In this document: positions 12,816 to 25,559 of the stretch, one piece after another
Layout of the letters: each line of letters opens with the position of its first letter
Position numbering within the stretch: the stretch's first letter is position 1
Assembly (NCBI GenBank): GCA_964188305.1
Contig: OZ076888.1
Strand: one strand, 5' to 3'
DNA from: Podarcis bocagei
Lineage: Eukaryota
Length of the DNA: 64,000 nucleotides
Notes under the pieces: generated by a model
What the model saw: the letters and a program-made list of their open reading frames with translations, nothing else
What the model was told of the DNA's origin: nothing
The model's database searches: none
Translations under genes and position numbers: made by a program

Positions 12816-13547
12816 TGTGGGGAGAATCTCCTGGTGGATTATGCTCTGTGGGGTGCCAGGGACTGGCAGGGCCCTGATGATTGTGCGACGGAGACAACGG
12901 GGCCAGAGGAGGACCCAGGAAAGGGAGGCAGCAATTTATGGGATTTAGGAGAAGGGTCCTAGCAGTCAGAGAATGAGGTAGGGGCACAGGGCAGGTTGGA
13001 AGCAGAGGACGAGGCTGATCAGATGAGGGATGGGCCAGTCAAACTGCTGCCGCCATCTACCCTGCTGTCTCCTAAGAACCAGGAGGGGCTTGAAGAGGCA
13101 AGCACAGCAATGACTTCCAGGAAGAAGTCGTCTCAGGTTGCATGTGCACACTCCATCAGACAAGGGTACATAAACCTGGGGGCGCATGGTCCCACTGTTG
13201 CATCAAATGCTCCACCAGGCACGGATCTGGAAAATAGTAGGCACTAGAAGTGTGTGTGCTTTTGTCAACAAAGTATTAACTAGCTGGCATTTGCCTTCCT
13301 TGGCTGGGTGTGAACAGGACATGGGGTTAGCTCTCCCTCCCATTCTTCCTGGTGCCCACACTCTGCTGCCTGAAGTATCCTTCTCACCTTGCTCTGTGGC
13401 AAGAGTGTCTCTATACATGAGGACTACATGAGTAATGGTTGTAGCACTGGATTCTATTTTTGTAAATAAAGCTGAACAAAGAATCCACTTGCTAAGGAAT
13501 TCAGAGTTCAGCTGATTTGTTAGCAAACTCCTGGCGCTGATAAAACA
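12816..13547 (+). mobile_element. Solo LTR (Gypsy/ERV1-like)
   Basis: Starts TGT, ends ACA, exact 4-bp TSD ctta (12812-12815 / 13548-13551), AATAAA at 13465-13470, GC-richer than its flanks. Confidence 0.65.
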
Positions 13548-14339
13548 CTTACATAAAATTATCTATGAATATTTGTTATCTTGTGCAGAGTACATTTCTT
13601 CCCCACATTAGAACTGGATCCCATGGAATCAAATGTGCGCTTAACTATTTGTTTTACAAAGCAGAAGTGGAACAGCCCAGTTAAACCAGCTCACCCTCAT
13701 TCCAGAGCATTTTTTGCATACCATGTAATTTCCTTGTCTTAATTTTTTAAAGCACCTGTTTTACTTGGGCACAATCCAAACAAAGTTAAGCACTTGTCAG
13801 TCCCAGGAAAATCAATGGGATTAGAATGTGCTTAGCTTTGGCTGGACTGTGCCCTTAATGTTTTGTTAAATCTCAGGATGGTTGCATATATTCCAAAGTT
13901 ACTCTTTTGAATATAGAACCTTCTTTAACAATTCCTGGACTATTCCTGCCAAGAAAAGCAGAAGAGGCATTTTAATACATACATTTTTAGCAATTATAGG
14001 AAGATACCTAGACAGTGAAGGAAAATGACTATTGTGTTCTGAATCTATCCATTTTTATTTACCCATCTGTTATTTATATGTGGATGCAGAAAGAGTTTTG
14101 ACTTCCAGCACAAAGGAAAAGCCCCCTTTCTACAGCAAAAAACAGGGATGTCCTTAACGTTAAAAGCACGATCTGAAGACAAGGATGGAAGCAGCCCTCT
14201 GCAAAGATTTACAAACAAACAAACAAAAAATAGATAGATAAATAAATGCTAACCAGAAAGTAACCATTAACAAGGATTGTTCCTCCCGCGCCCCCCCCCC
14301 CGCCCCATCTCAACCGCTGCAATTGTTTTTTAATATGCT

Positions 14340-14720
14340 TTTAATGACCTGGTCTCCTCATACCTACCTCCTTGCTTCCCAAACTGTTTGTACTGTCCCC
14401 AATAACACTCAGTGGAAAGCTGTCATTCCTCCCTAAATCCTTCCTTAGGTTGGATGCGATGCCGACGTTAGACAGGGTCAAGAGGTCACCATCGATTTTG
14501 GAGGCCACCTGGAGAGTCCAGGCCGTGAACTGACTCAAAAAATTTATATCAGAGCTGGAATGGCCCACCTCCCAGGGTTAGGCCTTGGCGAACATTCTGC
14601 CAGCAGGATGGGGCCTGCCTGCCCCAGCTCAGAAAGAGGCCAGAGTTGTTGACCCTGTTAGCTGACCTCTTCAAACTTCTGGAGAATTTTTCTGGCAGTT
14701 ACCACGGCGACTGGGCACTC
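14340..14720. promoter_or_regulatory. Candidate enhancer with a nuclear-receptor DR2 and additional half-sites
   Basis: GGGTCA-ag-AGGTCA at 14475-14488; TGACCC-n7-TGACCT at 14650-14668; further TGACCT and TGAACT half-sites; AP-1 TGACTCA. Confidence 0.45.
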
Positions 14721-16026
14721 CAAGCTTATCCTTCTTACTGGAAGGGGGGGCGGAATTAAGAAGAAAAAATGTTAAAATCTATCTTGCAGAGATGCCTATC
14801 AGAGATCAAATACATAAAATGTTTTAATTGTTTGCTTTTTGCGCTGTCTGCTCTGACATTAAGTTCAAAATTCTAACATCAAGAAGACAATTAATATAAA
14901 AAAATGTTTTGAGTTTCCCATTAAAAGTGAGGAGCGGTGCTTAGAACGAGTAGCGTTGCCTCTTCTACCACAACAGCTACTTCAAGATGTGCTGGTTAAA
15001 AACCAGAGGCAACCAAGAATACAGTCCAACCAATAATTTCACCACCAACAGCAACAACAACTAAAAGCCCACACATCAAAACTTTATTGACTTCTCCTTT
15101 TTTAAATGGTTTGATATAAACACAATTTATTTATTTATTTAAAAAATCCTGTCTGATATAAATGCTAATTGACTCCTTCTTAAAATTATCCAAAGTAAAT
15201 ATTATCCTATAAAATGATAGCTGCATGCACGGGAGGGAGGGAGGGAGGGAGGGAGTAGAGGTACCTACTGGCTTTCAGGAAAGGGTGTCAATTACTGGAT
15301 GTAAGCAAAGTCGAAAAGAAAGTTTGTGTGCCTTAGCAAGTGCTCCAAAGGATATGAGGAACAATCCTAAACATGCTTTCTCATAAATAAATCTCACTGA
15401 ATTCAATGGGATTTTGAGTCTCTTTACAGATCTAAGTTCATAAAGTTTCTTGGTGTCTGGAAATTAAACAGAGAGAAAAGTGGTTCAGTGAGTCATGTAG
15501 ACTCCATAAGACTCCTCTTCAGGATTCTCTCCCTGCCCCTCAATTCTTTATTTAGGAATTAACACAGGGCTGCAAAATCACCCTTATAATGACAAGATAT
15601 AACATATCAAATAATGGTTTGGTAAAAGAGTGAACAATGGGAATAATGGAGTACAGCAGAATATCAAATGCATAAAAATGAATCAATGAGCTAATTATAT
15701 TTAATCAAGAAAACAAGTTTCAAGAGGCTAATGGAAATGGGAAGAAACCAAAAAAGTATGGGTAGAGGAGGCAATAAGAAGAATATTCTGCAAAACAATA
15801 GCTGTAGAGATATATTGTTATAAGAAGACAACAAATCTCCAAGCAAAATTGTTAAGAATAGTCTGAATGTTGAGGCTTTAGCTTCCAATGTGCAAGAGTG
15901 CGTTCAAAAGGAGTCCTTTTACTCTTTGCGCCAGACCAATCCACACTGCAGTAAGCTAACTGAACTTTAGATTCAAGCAAAGATTCATAGAATTTTAGAG
16001 TTGGGATGGACCATGGAGGCCCATTA

Positions 16027-16383
16027 AAAGGTAAAGGTAAAGGGACCCCAGACCATTAGGTCCAGTCATAGTCGACTCTGGGGTTGTGGTGCTCATCTTG
16101 CTTTATTGGCCTAGGGAGCCGATGTCCAGCTTCCAGGTCATGTGGCCAGCATAACTAAGCCACTTCTGGTGAACCAGAGCAGCGCACGGAAACACCGTTT
16201 ACCTTCCCGCCGGAGAGGTACCTATTTATCTACTTGCACTTTGACGTGCTTTCGAACTGCTAGGTTGGCAGGAGCAGGGACCGAACAATGGGAGCTCAAC
16301 CTGTCGCGGGGATTCGAACCGCCGACCTTCTGATGGGCAAGCCCTAGGCTCTGTGCTTTAACCCACAGCGCCACCGGCGTCCC
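16027..16383 (-). mobile_element. Sauria SINE, full length
   Basis: Reverse-complement of the SINE consensus; 16-bp TSD ccatggaggcccatta (16011-16026 / 16383-16398); inserted into a CR1 3' tip. Confidence 0.96.
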
Positions 16384-16881
16384 CATGGAGGCCCATTACT
16401 TTGGGCCAATCAGTGCGCATAGCAAATGGCCATGATCCAGAATTCAGAATGCTCACAACTCAGTTCACAATCCAAGACATGCATCCCATGCCTCTGCAAA
16501 GCATCCAAGGCTGGATTGTGTCCAGCAGAAGATTGATTTGCCTGGATCAGGTTCCCGGTAGATAGCTATGTTAGCCTGCTGCAGCAAAAATGTTAAGGAG
16601 ACAACTTGAAGGTGAATAAATTTGCAATAAAAAATAACTTTTAAGAAGACTAACAAATTTATCGCAATGCAAGCTTTTGTTAGCTAGAGTCCATTTCATC
16701 AGATGCATGGCATATGGGCGCTTTTGTAAGGTTGGGGCAAGCTGAAGCAATCACATCGTGATTTGAAATGTGAATAGATAAACCCAATCCACATTCTCAA
16801 CATTCAGCTTTCTCTTTGAAAACAGAAGTACATACAGGCAGCTGCAATTGGAGACTGGAGAAGAAAGATCTTCCCTGAAAC

Positions 16882-17019
16882 CAGTGGCGTAGCGTGGGTT
16901 GTCAGCACCCGGGGCAAGGCAAGTAATTTGCGCCCCCTACCCCGTGGATTTGCGCCCCCTAACCCTAACCCCCAGATCTTGCGGCCGGCCCCCCCTGCAC
17001 CCCCCACGCTACGCCACTG
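16882..17019. mobile_element. hAT MITE (138 bp) with internal CCCTAA repeats
   Basis: TIR cagtggcgtagcgtggg / cccacgctacgccactg; exact 8-bp TSD cctgaaac. Confidence 0.93.
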
Positions 17020-17949
17020 CCTGAAACCCTCCAATCTCAAGTCTTCTGTTTATCAGTGCCAAACACACCACACCTGCAACCTTTCTATGAATTCTGCCAG
17101 CCAGGGTGGACAATGCTGGCTTAGATGGACCATTAGCCTGACATTATAAGGCAGCTTTTTCTGCCTTGCACAGAAACTGGCTCCAAATCTCAGGCCTCTA
17201 CAACAGAACCATGTCATTCAGAGAGCGGTGGATGTGTTATAGTGAACACTGAATGTAGCAGCTCACTGGGTTCATTGAGTGATCAGTTGGGACAGTGAAG
17301 CTTTTCTTTTGACATTTTCTGTCACATTCTTGTGGAACAGCTCTGTCCATCCGAGAGCGTGCCCTTCCTGGTTGCTGATGAACTCATGCTGTGGGTTGGT
17401 GATTCACATGAGAACCATGGTGCCAACTCATTCCCGGGTGACATGGTAAAATGCTGACTGTTCTGCCCACAGCCAAGCACCCCCTTGGCGACATTACAAA
17501 AAAAAAAAAAAAGGCCTTGCGGCTGGTAGAGCTGTGAGCTCCTCAGACCGGAAATGAAATCTCAGTCTAGTTTGAAAGCAGAAAAGCCTGAAGTGGTAGG
17601 ATTTCATCAAGAAAGCCTGCAGCTCCTGAGTCACACACTTCATGGGGAGGAGATCCGCTGGATGCTGGTAGGATGTAGAGGTATAATGAGGGCAGAAAAG
17701 AAGACTGGACTTTTGTATCATTAATAGTTGTGTAGCAGAGGGAGGTTGGAGAAGTACACATTTTCTTATGTCTACAGCACTGTGACACTGATAAACTGTA
17801 CCATCAGAACACTCTCTTCTGCATTTATTAGATGCACGGAAGTGCTGACTTCCAGTTCACTTCCATATCTAATTTCAACATATGCTTGGGATGGGAGTAA
17901 GCCAAGGCTATCACAGACCTACCTCCATTGATTCCACCATTTGCTGCCT

Positions 17950-18297
17950 GGTGGCGCTGGCGCTGTGGGTTAAACCAGAGCCTAGGACTTGCCGATCAGA
18001 AGGTTGGCGGTTCAAATCCCCGCAACAGGGTGAGCTCCCATTGCTTGGTCCTTGCTCCTGCCAACCTAACAGTTCGAAAGCACGTCAAAGTGCAAGTAGA
18101 TAAAGAGGTACTGCTCTGGCGGGAAGGTAAATGGTGTTTCCGTGCGCTGCTCTGGTTTGCAAGAAGCGGCTTAGTCATGCTGGCCACATGACCCAGAAGC
18201 TGTACACCAGCTCCCTCAGCCAATAAAATGAGATGAGTGCCACAACCCCAGAGTCGGCCACAACTGGACCTAATGGTCAGGGGTCCCTTTACCTTTA
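17950..18297 (+). mobile_element. Sauria SINE
   Basis: Same body as the copies at 16027 and 23702, ACCTTT tail; several CpG>TpG changes. Confidence 0.94.
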
Positions 18298-19609
18298 AGG
18301 CTCAGTATGCATGTGCTGATGTTACTTAGGGGAGACGAAGATTCACAGGCTGGTGGCTCAGAAGGGACATGCCCCACAACCTGCTTTGTTTTGTGGGGGG
18401 GAAGGTGTCCTAACTTGCCTTCCTTTTGTTACAGTCTGGGCCACCAGCTTTTATTTCCTCCATGGAAATAAATATCTCCCTTCATGGCTATCTATGGAGA
18501 AACGTTTTGCAAAAAGCATTCATAAGGGTGCCCAACAAATCATTTATTTCCATTTTGCTCAGGTGTATTCTCATAATATCTGCTCCCACACTGGCCAAAC
18601 CTAGTCCTGTCTCCTGTTCATTTTCTCCTTTGTCTGTTCCTTTTGCCACCTGCTAAATGTTTACCATCCCGCCATCAACCCTGCAAACATACTCATTTTT
18701 CCCCAGGTAAGAAAGTGAACAAAAGAAGTTTGTGCAAAACCTTGCTTGCATTGTCCACATCCTGCCTGTTCATTGTATCCCTGAATCCACTACCACGCTT
18801 CTGAGGCATAAGACCCCTGCAGGATTCTAAATAAAAGCAGACATACTCAATGGATTAATAATATAAAAAAACAAGCATTCATACTGGATGGTTTTAGGCA
18901 AGTCATTATATCCTGACCTGCACACCTCTAGCATGAGCAATGCCTACCTCACATTATAATACATTTTGTACTTCAGAAGTGGAAATAGACCACCTCCAAG
19001 CATGTTGTATAGATGACCCTTTTGATCCAAACATGTTTGTGGGCATACATAAATGAGAATCATTTCTAGCGCCATCCAGTAAATAGAAGACAATACTCCA
19101 AAACTAAATTCAAAACTCTCTCTTTCCTCAGGTGCTGATGAGTGGGATGAAGCAGAGGGTGAATGTGACCTGAAAAACCAAACCTATGCCGAAACAAGCC
19201 AAAATTTGCAAGGATCTACGTTGGTCAACCAGAATCAGCAAGGATATATTTCTGCAGCCACCCCCACTGTTCCCTGTTGGATGAAGACTGAAGACCACAT
19301 CAAGAGAAGCAGCAGGAATGAGTATGGTGGAGTGCTTAAGTTACAGGAGCCCACAAATCATCTTTGTGATGTCCCCATAGCTACTGTTTTTCATAGCTTC
19401 TGGGGGTGGAGTTTGTGGGCTTTCTTAAGGACTGCCCATTTTTGCACACACATTAATCCAAGCACTGATCAGGCGGTGAATCTCCTTTGCCCAAACTTGG
19501 CCAACTTTTCCCTACTGACCCCAAATCAGTGGTTGTGCAGTAGACTAGAGGTTCCAAAGGGGGAAGGAACAGCTGAGTACTCAAATGCATAGTGTTATGG
19601 CATCCCGAT

Positions 19610-19852
19610 AGAACTCTTTCCTCCTCTGGTTTCCTGCAACCAGAGTTTCTATTCATAATTATTACTGCCTCTGACTGGCTAGTAGCCACTTATATCCTAA
19701 TCCAAATGCCATAATTCAGTTGTGAGATGTGTGATTAAGTACTCCCATTTGTCAGTCCTGAACCTTCCAACTTTCAGCTTCATTGTTCTAATACTATGAG
19801 AGAGGCAGGAAAACTACTCTTTAAGCATTTTCTCCATGCCATGCATAATTTT
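19610..19852 (-). mobile_element. CR1 LINE fragment (same family as 10135-10990)
   Basis: Shares blocks gtcctgaa.cttc.aac.ttcagctt and ttctc.atgccat.cat.atttt with the 10.8-10.95 kb copy. Confidence 0.6.
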
Positions 19853-20569
19853 GACTAACTACTGCAACCACACAGGTTCTTAACTTCTGCTACACAGAGA
19901 CACACAAAAGTAAAGAAAATCTCAGATCTTAATATTCCAAGTGTTCAAGAATGAATTAAATGGAACAAAAAGCAAGGTCAGGAAGTCACTTGAATATTGC
20001 TCAGATTCCAGCATTCCATCCCAATTCTGGACTTTCCTGAGTAAGAATGAGTCAGGTTTTATTTGCATTGCCATTAATCCCTAGGCAAGGTACAGATGGG
20101 GAACAGGGTTGAGGACCAAACAGTATGTGTTTTTTTGAATAGTGAGATTAGCAACTACAGTGCAGGAGTCAATAATCATCTATACCGCATTTACTAAAGA
20201 TTTTTTCAGAATATTTCCACCGTGTCCTGATGTGGACACAAGTAAAAGGATTCACAGAGATTTGTGAGTCAACATCCCATCTGCTGAAGTGTGTGTAAGC
20301 ACTATGATGTCATGAATTGCCCCATTGTGATCTGGTGGGAATGGGTTATTCTGCCAGCGGTTGTGATATATGTGTGTGAATTGAGTGAGTGTGAACATGA
20401 AAGATCTTGAATTTTTTTGGCTAATACAGGCTCCACCAACCTGGTGCCCTCCCATCAGCCGCAACCAGCAGGTTGGCAAAGCCTGGTCTAATACACAGTC
20501 TCTTGGAAGAAGGTGACAGCTTGTCCCCGTAATTGCATGGAGTTATTTGTGTGGTATAGTATTTTTAAC

Positions 20570-20760
20570 CTCCGTACCCTCCCTGTGATTAAAAACAACA
20601 ATAATATGTTTGCCCTCATAACTGGTGTGCTTTTTAATTTTTATTAGCACATTGTGGCAGGGATGCCTGCAATTGATTTTTTCACCCTCCTCTTGCTAAT
20701 CAGCCTGGAGAACCCTCTCAGCTGTAATTAAAGCCCATATTACAGGCCTCTTGGTGTTCA
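20570..20760. promoter_or_regulatory. Candidate conserved non-coding element
   Basis: Sox motifs (AACAAT, CATTGT) and TAATTA/homeobox motifs in unique sequence. Inference only. Confidence 0.3.
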
Positions 20761-21132
20761 CTTGTCTCTTAGCTTACTGTGCCATGAAATACCGTACATC
20801 AAATGGAGTACTACTGTACAAGATAGGCTCCCTGCCAACTCCCGGGGCTATTATACAAGCTTGCCTTTCGTGTCCACACAAGATGCTAGCATCATCTCAG
20901 GCACAACATCAAGAGAAAAACGGAAGCAATCTTTGGAGAAGGGGAGATAGAAAGAGGGGCATTGGTTGTGGGGAAGGGGGACAGTGGGTGGCCTCCTACA
21001 GTTTGTACTTCATGAGGCTGCAACCAGTGGTGGACCCACATTTTGGGGGCCCTGAACTGTTATGCAGGCCCCTTCACAACCAGCAACAAATTCTGGGTAA
21101 CCACTGTTATCTTCTTCAGTGGGGTTGTTCCA

Positions 21133-21427
21133 TAATAATAATACCCCATTCCTCTGACTGGGTTTCCCCAGCCACTCTGGGCGGCTTCCAACAAAGATTA
21201 AAAATACATTAAAACATCAGTCATTAAAAACTTCCCTAAAGAGGGCTGCCTTCAGATGTCTTCTAAAAGTCTGGTAGTTGTTGTTCTCTTTGACATCTGG
21301 TGGGAGGGTGTTCCACAGGGCGGGTGCCACTACCGAGAAGGCCCTCTGCCTGGTTCCCTGTAGCTTGGCTTCTCGCAGTGAGGGAACCGCCAGAAGGTCC
21401 TCAGCGCTGGATCTCAGTGTCCAGGCA
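21133..21427 (-). mobile_element. L2 LINE 3' end
   Basis: Minus-strand peptide RAFSVVAPALWNTLP...FRRHLKAALF (L2 ORF2 terminus) plus a (TAT)n tail. Confidence 0.85.
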
Positions 21428-21763
21428 TGACAAATCACCACCATTTAAAAAAGAAATTTAACTCCTGCATCTCAAAATTTTGATTTAAAATGTCCTAGAT
21501 TATCCCACATGTCAAAGTCACTGGTGTGAATAAAAAATTCCTATGCCTTTTGGTTTACGGGTTATGAGGAGTGGAATGAGGGAAAATGAGGGAAATATTA
21601 TATATATGCATAATGCACTATTTAAAGCTTTTTTTAAAAAAAAAGCAATGTGGACTAAAGTTACTTATGGAGCCCCTCTGGTATTAGGGGCCCTGAAGTT
21701 TAAGCAGTGAGCCTCCCTGAGACTTGCAGGTATATAAATTCAATAAATAAATAAATAAATAAG

Positions 21764-21999
21764 CTTTGGCCACCTCAGGAGAAGAGAAGACTCCCTGGAA
21801 TAGACCCTGATGCTGGGAAAGATTGAGGTCACAAGGAGAAGGGGATGACAGAGGACGAGATGGTTGGTCAGTGTTCTCGAAGCTACAAACATGAGTCTGA
21901 CCAAAGTGCGGGAGGCAGTGGAAGACAGGAGTGCCTGGCGTGCTCTGGTCCAGGGGGTCACAAAGAGTCAGACACGACTAAACAACTAAACAACAACAA
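21764..21999 (+). mobile_element. BovB 3' fragment
   Basis: Near-identical to 12567-12798; gactaaac(aac)n tail. Confidence 0.93.
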
Positions 22000-23701
22000 A
22001 TTAGTTTCATAGTAGATCCACCCCTGGCTTCAATAAGCTATTCTGGAGTGTTCTCATTAATTTCAGGGGCATCTTCAGAGCTAGTGCTGTGACTACAGCA
22101 AGGTTCGTGTTTGTGACTTATGTATCAAGATTCTAAGGTGGAAACATATCTCATGGGAACACTTAGGGATGTGGTGCTATGTGGGGCAACTGAATCACCC
22201 GCGCAGTAACTTTCATTTAAAAGACTCTACTCACCCACTTCATATATCTGATAAAGGAAGTTGCTGCTGCTGCTGCTGTTATTTGTAATTGTTGAGGTCA
22301 TAATAAGGTATCGAAGGAGAAGCATTATGATAAAACATTGCTTCCTGGTTCACTGATGATACTAAATAGGGGGAAATGGGGTGGGCGGGGGGGGGGATAA
22401 GGTAGCATGTGTCAGGTAATTTTTGCACCCGTCTCACTGTCCCTCTAAGTAAAATGCACTCCCACTGTTGATCCTCTGCACTCTGCAGTCTTCAAACTAG
22501 TGATGCCCAAAAGATGCAGGGGGAATATTATTTCCATATAATTGTTCTCAGCTTCAGGCCAGATGACTGAATTTTTGCTTGCTCTGTTTTTACTTTCGTT
22601 CATTGATTCTATATTGCTGGGTTGGGGAACCTGGGGATAATCATATGTTGCTGGACAAATCCCATCACCGCTATTGGGTGTGCTGATTGGGGCTAATGAA
22701 AGTTGAAGTCTAACAACATCTAGGGTCACAGGTTCCAAATCCCAGTTTTACTGTCAATTCTTCAAGGCCTCAGATGTCCCAGTGTATGGTTTTTTGCTCA
22801 CAGGGACAATGCATCATGTGCTTTGTAGTCAAGCCCTGCATATCAAAACCTACAACCACAATTCTGTATCCCCTTACCTGTGAGTAAACCCATTGTACTC
22901 AATGGGACATACTTGAGTGGAAACATGCATGGAATTAAGCTGAAAATCTATCCATGTTAACTTAAAAGTAAATCTCAATCAACATGATCCAACCAATGTC
23001 AAGCACTTCTATGTCGCTATGGAAAAACTCCTAAGCACTTTATTTTATTTATTTATTTATTTATTTTTAATTTCTATACCACTTTATATTTTTAAGAAAA
23101 ATCTCAAAGCGGTTTACAGCATATTAATTCAATAAAACATAAATAAAACAATCTGAAGAAAGTCAAATATAGAGTATGTCAAAGCAACATAACAGAAAAC
23201 TAAAATATTACGTATCTTAAAGCTTTCAAAATAAAACTTGATTCTGTCTCCCATGGAAATCTATGGGACTTTGAGAGCAAAATCAGATTGCAATGAAATC
23301 TCATCCCAGCTAACTTTACAATGATATATACTCTCAATGATTTTTTTCTGAAAACTATGTTGGCTCAGGTAGCCTAACAGCAGAGTACAAACATTGGAAC
23401 TGACCTGAGTTAGCTGTGCTGATGCCAACCAGCAGAGCAGCAGCATCTACAACAGAATTAAATTAAATTTACTGGATAATACATGACTTTCCTGGCACCT
23501 CAGCTCAAACTAGTTCAGATTAAGTATTTAGATTTGAAAACAATTTAGTGCCATTTGGGGACTAAAACTTCTTTCAAGAATTTGGCCTACGTGCACTGTG
23601 AATCAGAATGCTTTCACTTTGAATCCAACTTTAAATCCAACCCAATCCTTGGAAATACTACCTGCTGTATTTAATAGGCCTTACTACCCAGTGTCCTTAG
23701 A

Positions 23702-24051
23702 GGGATGCGGGTGGCACTGTGGGTTAAACCACAGGGCCTAGGACTTGCTGATCAGAAGGTTGGCGGTTTGAATCCCCGCGACGGGGTGAGCTCCCATTGC
23801 TCGGTCCCAGCTCCTGCCAACCTAGCAGTTTGAAAGCACGTCAAAGTGCAAGTAGATAAATAGGTACCGCTCCGGCGGGAAGGTAAACGGTGTTTCCATG
23901 CACTGCTCTGGTTCTCCAGAAGCAGCTTAGTCATGCTGGTCACATGACCCGGAAGCTGTACGCCGGCTCCCTCGGCCAATAAAGTGAGATGAGCACCACA
24001 ACCCCAGAGTCTGCCATGACTGGACCTAATGGTCAGGGGTCCCTTTACCTT
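23702..24051 (+). mobile_element. Sauria SINE, full length
   Basis: SINE consensus match; 17-bp TSD tacccagtgtccttaga (23685-23701 / 24052-24068). Confidence 0.96.
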
Positions 24052-24101
24052 TACCCAGTGTCCTTAGAAAGAGCTGCAGACTTGCTTTTGTTTATACTGT
24101 A

Positions 24102-24231
24102 GCAGGGTTGGGGAGCTTACGGTCCTCTGGGTGTTGCTGAACTCCAATTACCATCAGCCCCAGCCGGCATGGCCAATGGTGAAGGATGATGGGAGCCGCA
24201 GTCCAGCAATATCTAGAGGGCTGCATCCCTG
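24102..24231. mobile_element. Degenerate hairpin hAT-Charlie-like MITE
   Basis: Related to 28381-28516 (ggatgatgggag...agtcc...atct.gagggc). Confidence 0.55.
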
Positions 24232-24693
24232 GTATACAGCTATCTGTACATTTACCTGGGGAAATTTCCTAATAAATAGAGGGGCTTACTTTCCAACACA
24301 GTCAGAGACTGGTTTGTTGGCAAATTTCTCAAGAGCATGAAATTATCTCTCTTCCACCTCCCCCAGAGAGTGAGGAGGAATCACTGGAACAAACTGGATT
24401 TGATCCAATTGCAGACTACAGGAGAGTAGTCTGCAATTGGAACACTTGATATTCTTATCATGTGGCAGAACTAGAAATACTACTGCTACTACTACTACTA
24501 TTTATGCTAATGCTGATGATAGTAATAGTAGCCATCCCAAGGACAATTTTTATTTTTCATGTGAAGGCAGTCTCCCGACACTGCAAACCTATACATCTTT
24601 ACCTAGGAGTAAGACTCACTGAGTGGAGCTCACTTCTCAGTGGACATGCATAGAGTTGTTCATGCACTTCTAAAATAAGCTCTGTGGAAAGTT

Positions 24694-24696
24694 TGT

Positions 24697-24737
<41 letters not shown>
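24694..24737. repeat. (TG)n microsatellite
   Basis: Direct observation. Confidence 0.95.
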
Positions 24738-24739
<2 letters not shown>

Positions 24740-24962
24740 CAGTGGTACCTCTGGTTACGTACTTAATTCGTTCCGGAGGTCTGTTCTTAACCTGAAACTG
24801 TTCTTAACCTGAAGCACCACTTTAGCTAATGGGGCCTCCCACTGCTGCCGCGCCACCGCACAATTTCTGTTCTCATCCTGAAGCAAAGTTCTTAACCCAA
24901 GGTACTATTTCTGGGTTAGCGGAGTCTGTAACCTGAAGCATCTGTAACCCGAGGTACCACTG
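24740..24962 (+). mobile_element. Tc1/mariner (pogo/Tigger-like) MITE
   Basis: TIR cagtggtacctc / gaggtaccactg, TA target duplication on both sides. Confidence 0.92.
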
Positions 24963-24987
24963 TATATTATTTGCCAAGTCTGGGTGT

Positions 24988-25184
24988 CATAGGAGCCAAC
25001 TCCTAGGGGCCAAGGTCCCTTCACCCCCCATGAAATATTTCATTGGGCCAGGGTCGCCTCCCCCCCCCCCAAGTTGAAAGCCATTACCATTTGAATGGTG
25101 TGCGTGTGTAGCATCTTGTGATCGATTCTGCAGGGTAGGGCTTACCTGGGCCTCCCGAGTATTTAATTCAAATTGACACCCCTG
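24988..25184 (-). mobile_element. hAT-like MITE (same family as 39621-39809)
   Basis: Ends cataggagccaact / aattgacacccctg; reverse-complement similarity to 39621-39809. Confidence 0.75.
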
Positions 25185-25559
25185 CACTGGGTAAGGGGGC
25201 CTCAAGCGTTTCAGTTTTCATGGGGCCAGTTAACCTCCCAGTTCCAAAGTCTCCCACTTTTGAAAGCGAAAGAGATACAGGCAACTGAAGACATGATCAA
25301 AACGGAGACACTAGAGCCGAACAGGCCCTGAGAGAAAACCATACTGAGCAATGCCCTGTAGGGCTACAGAGAATAAACTGACCAGTCGCGGGGCAAAGTA
25401 GCAAACGCCTTTTGGTCGCGCTTGGGTATTATTTTTTCCAGGCAGGGTCAAACTCCTTTGGGCTCCGCAATCCTCCGCTTTTGAGTGAGGACGGATGAAC
25501 GCTTCTGTACATTAATGCCTGCGCCCACCTCGATTCCCCTCCCCTCGTTTCTCACCACT

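Larger units (their letters stand above)
21025..22026. mobile_element. Old hAT element hosting nested L2 and BovB insertions
   Basis: TIRs cagtggtggacccac / gtagatccacccctg, subterminal ggggccctgaa motifs, degenerate 8-bp TSD gctgcaac/gcttcaat. Confidence 0.6.
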
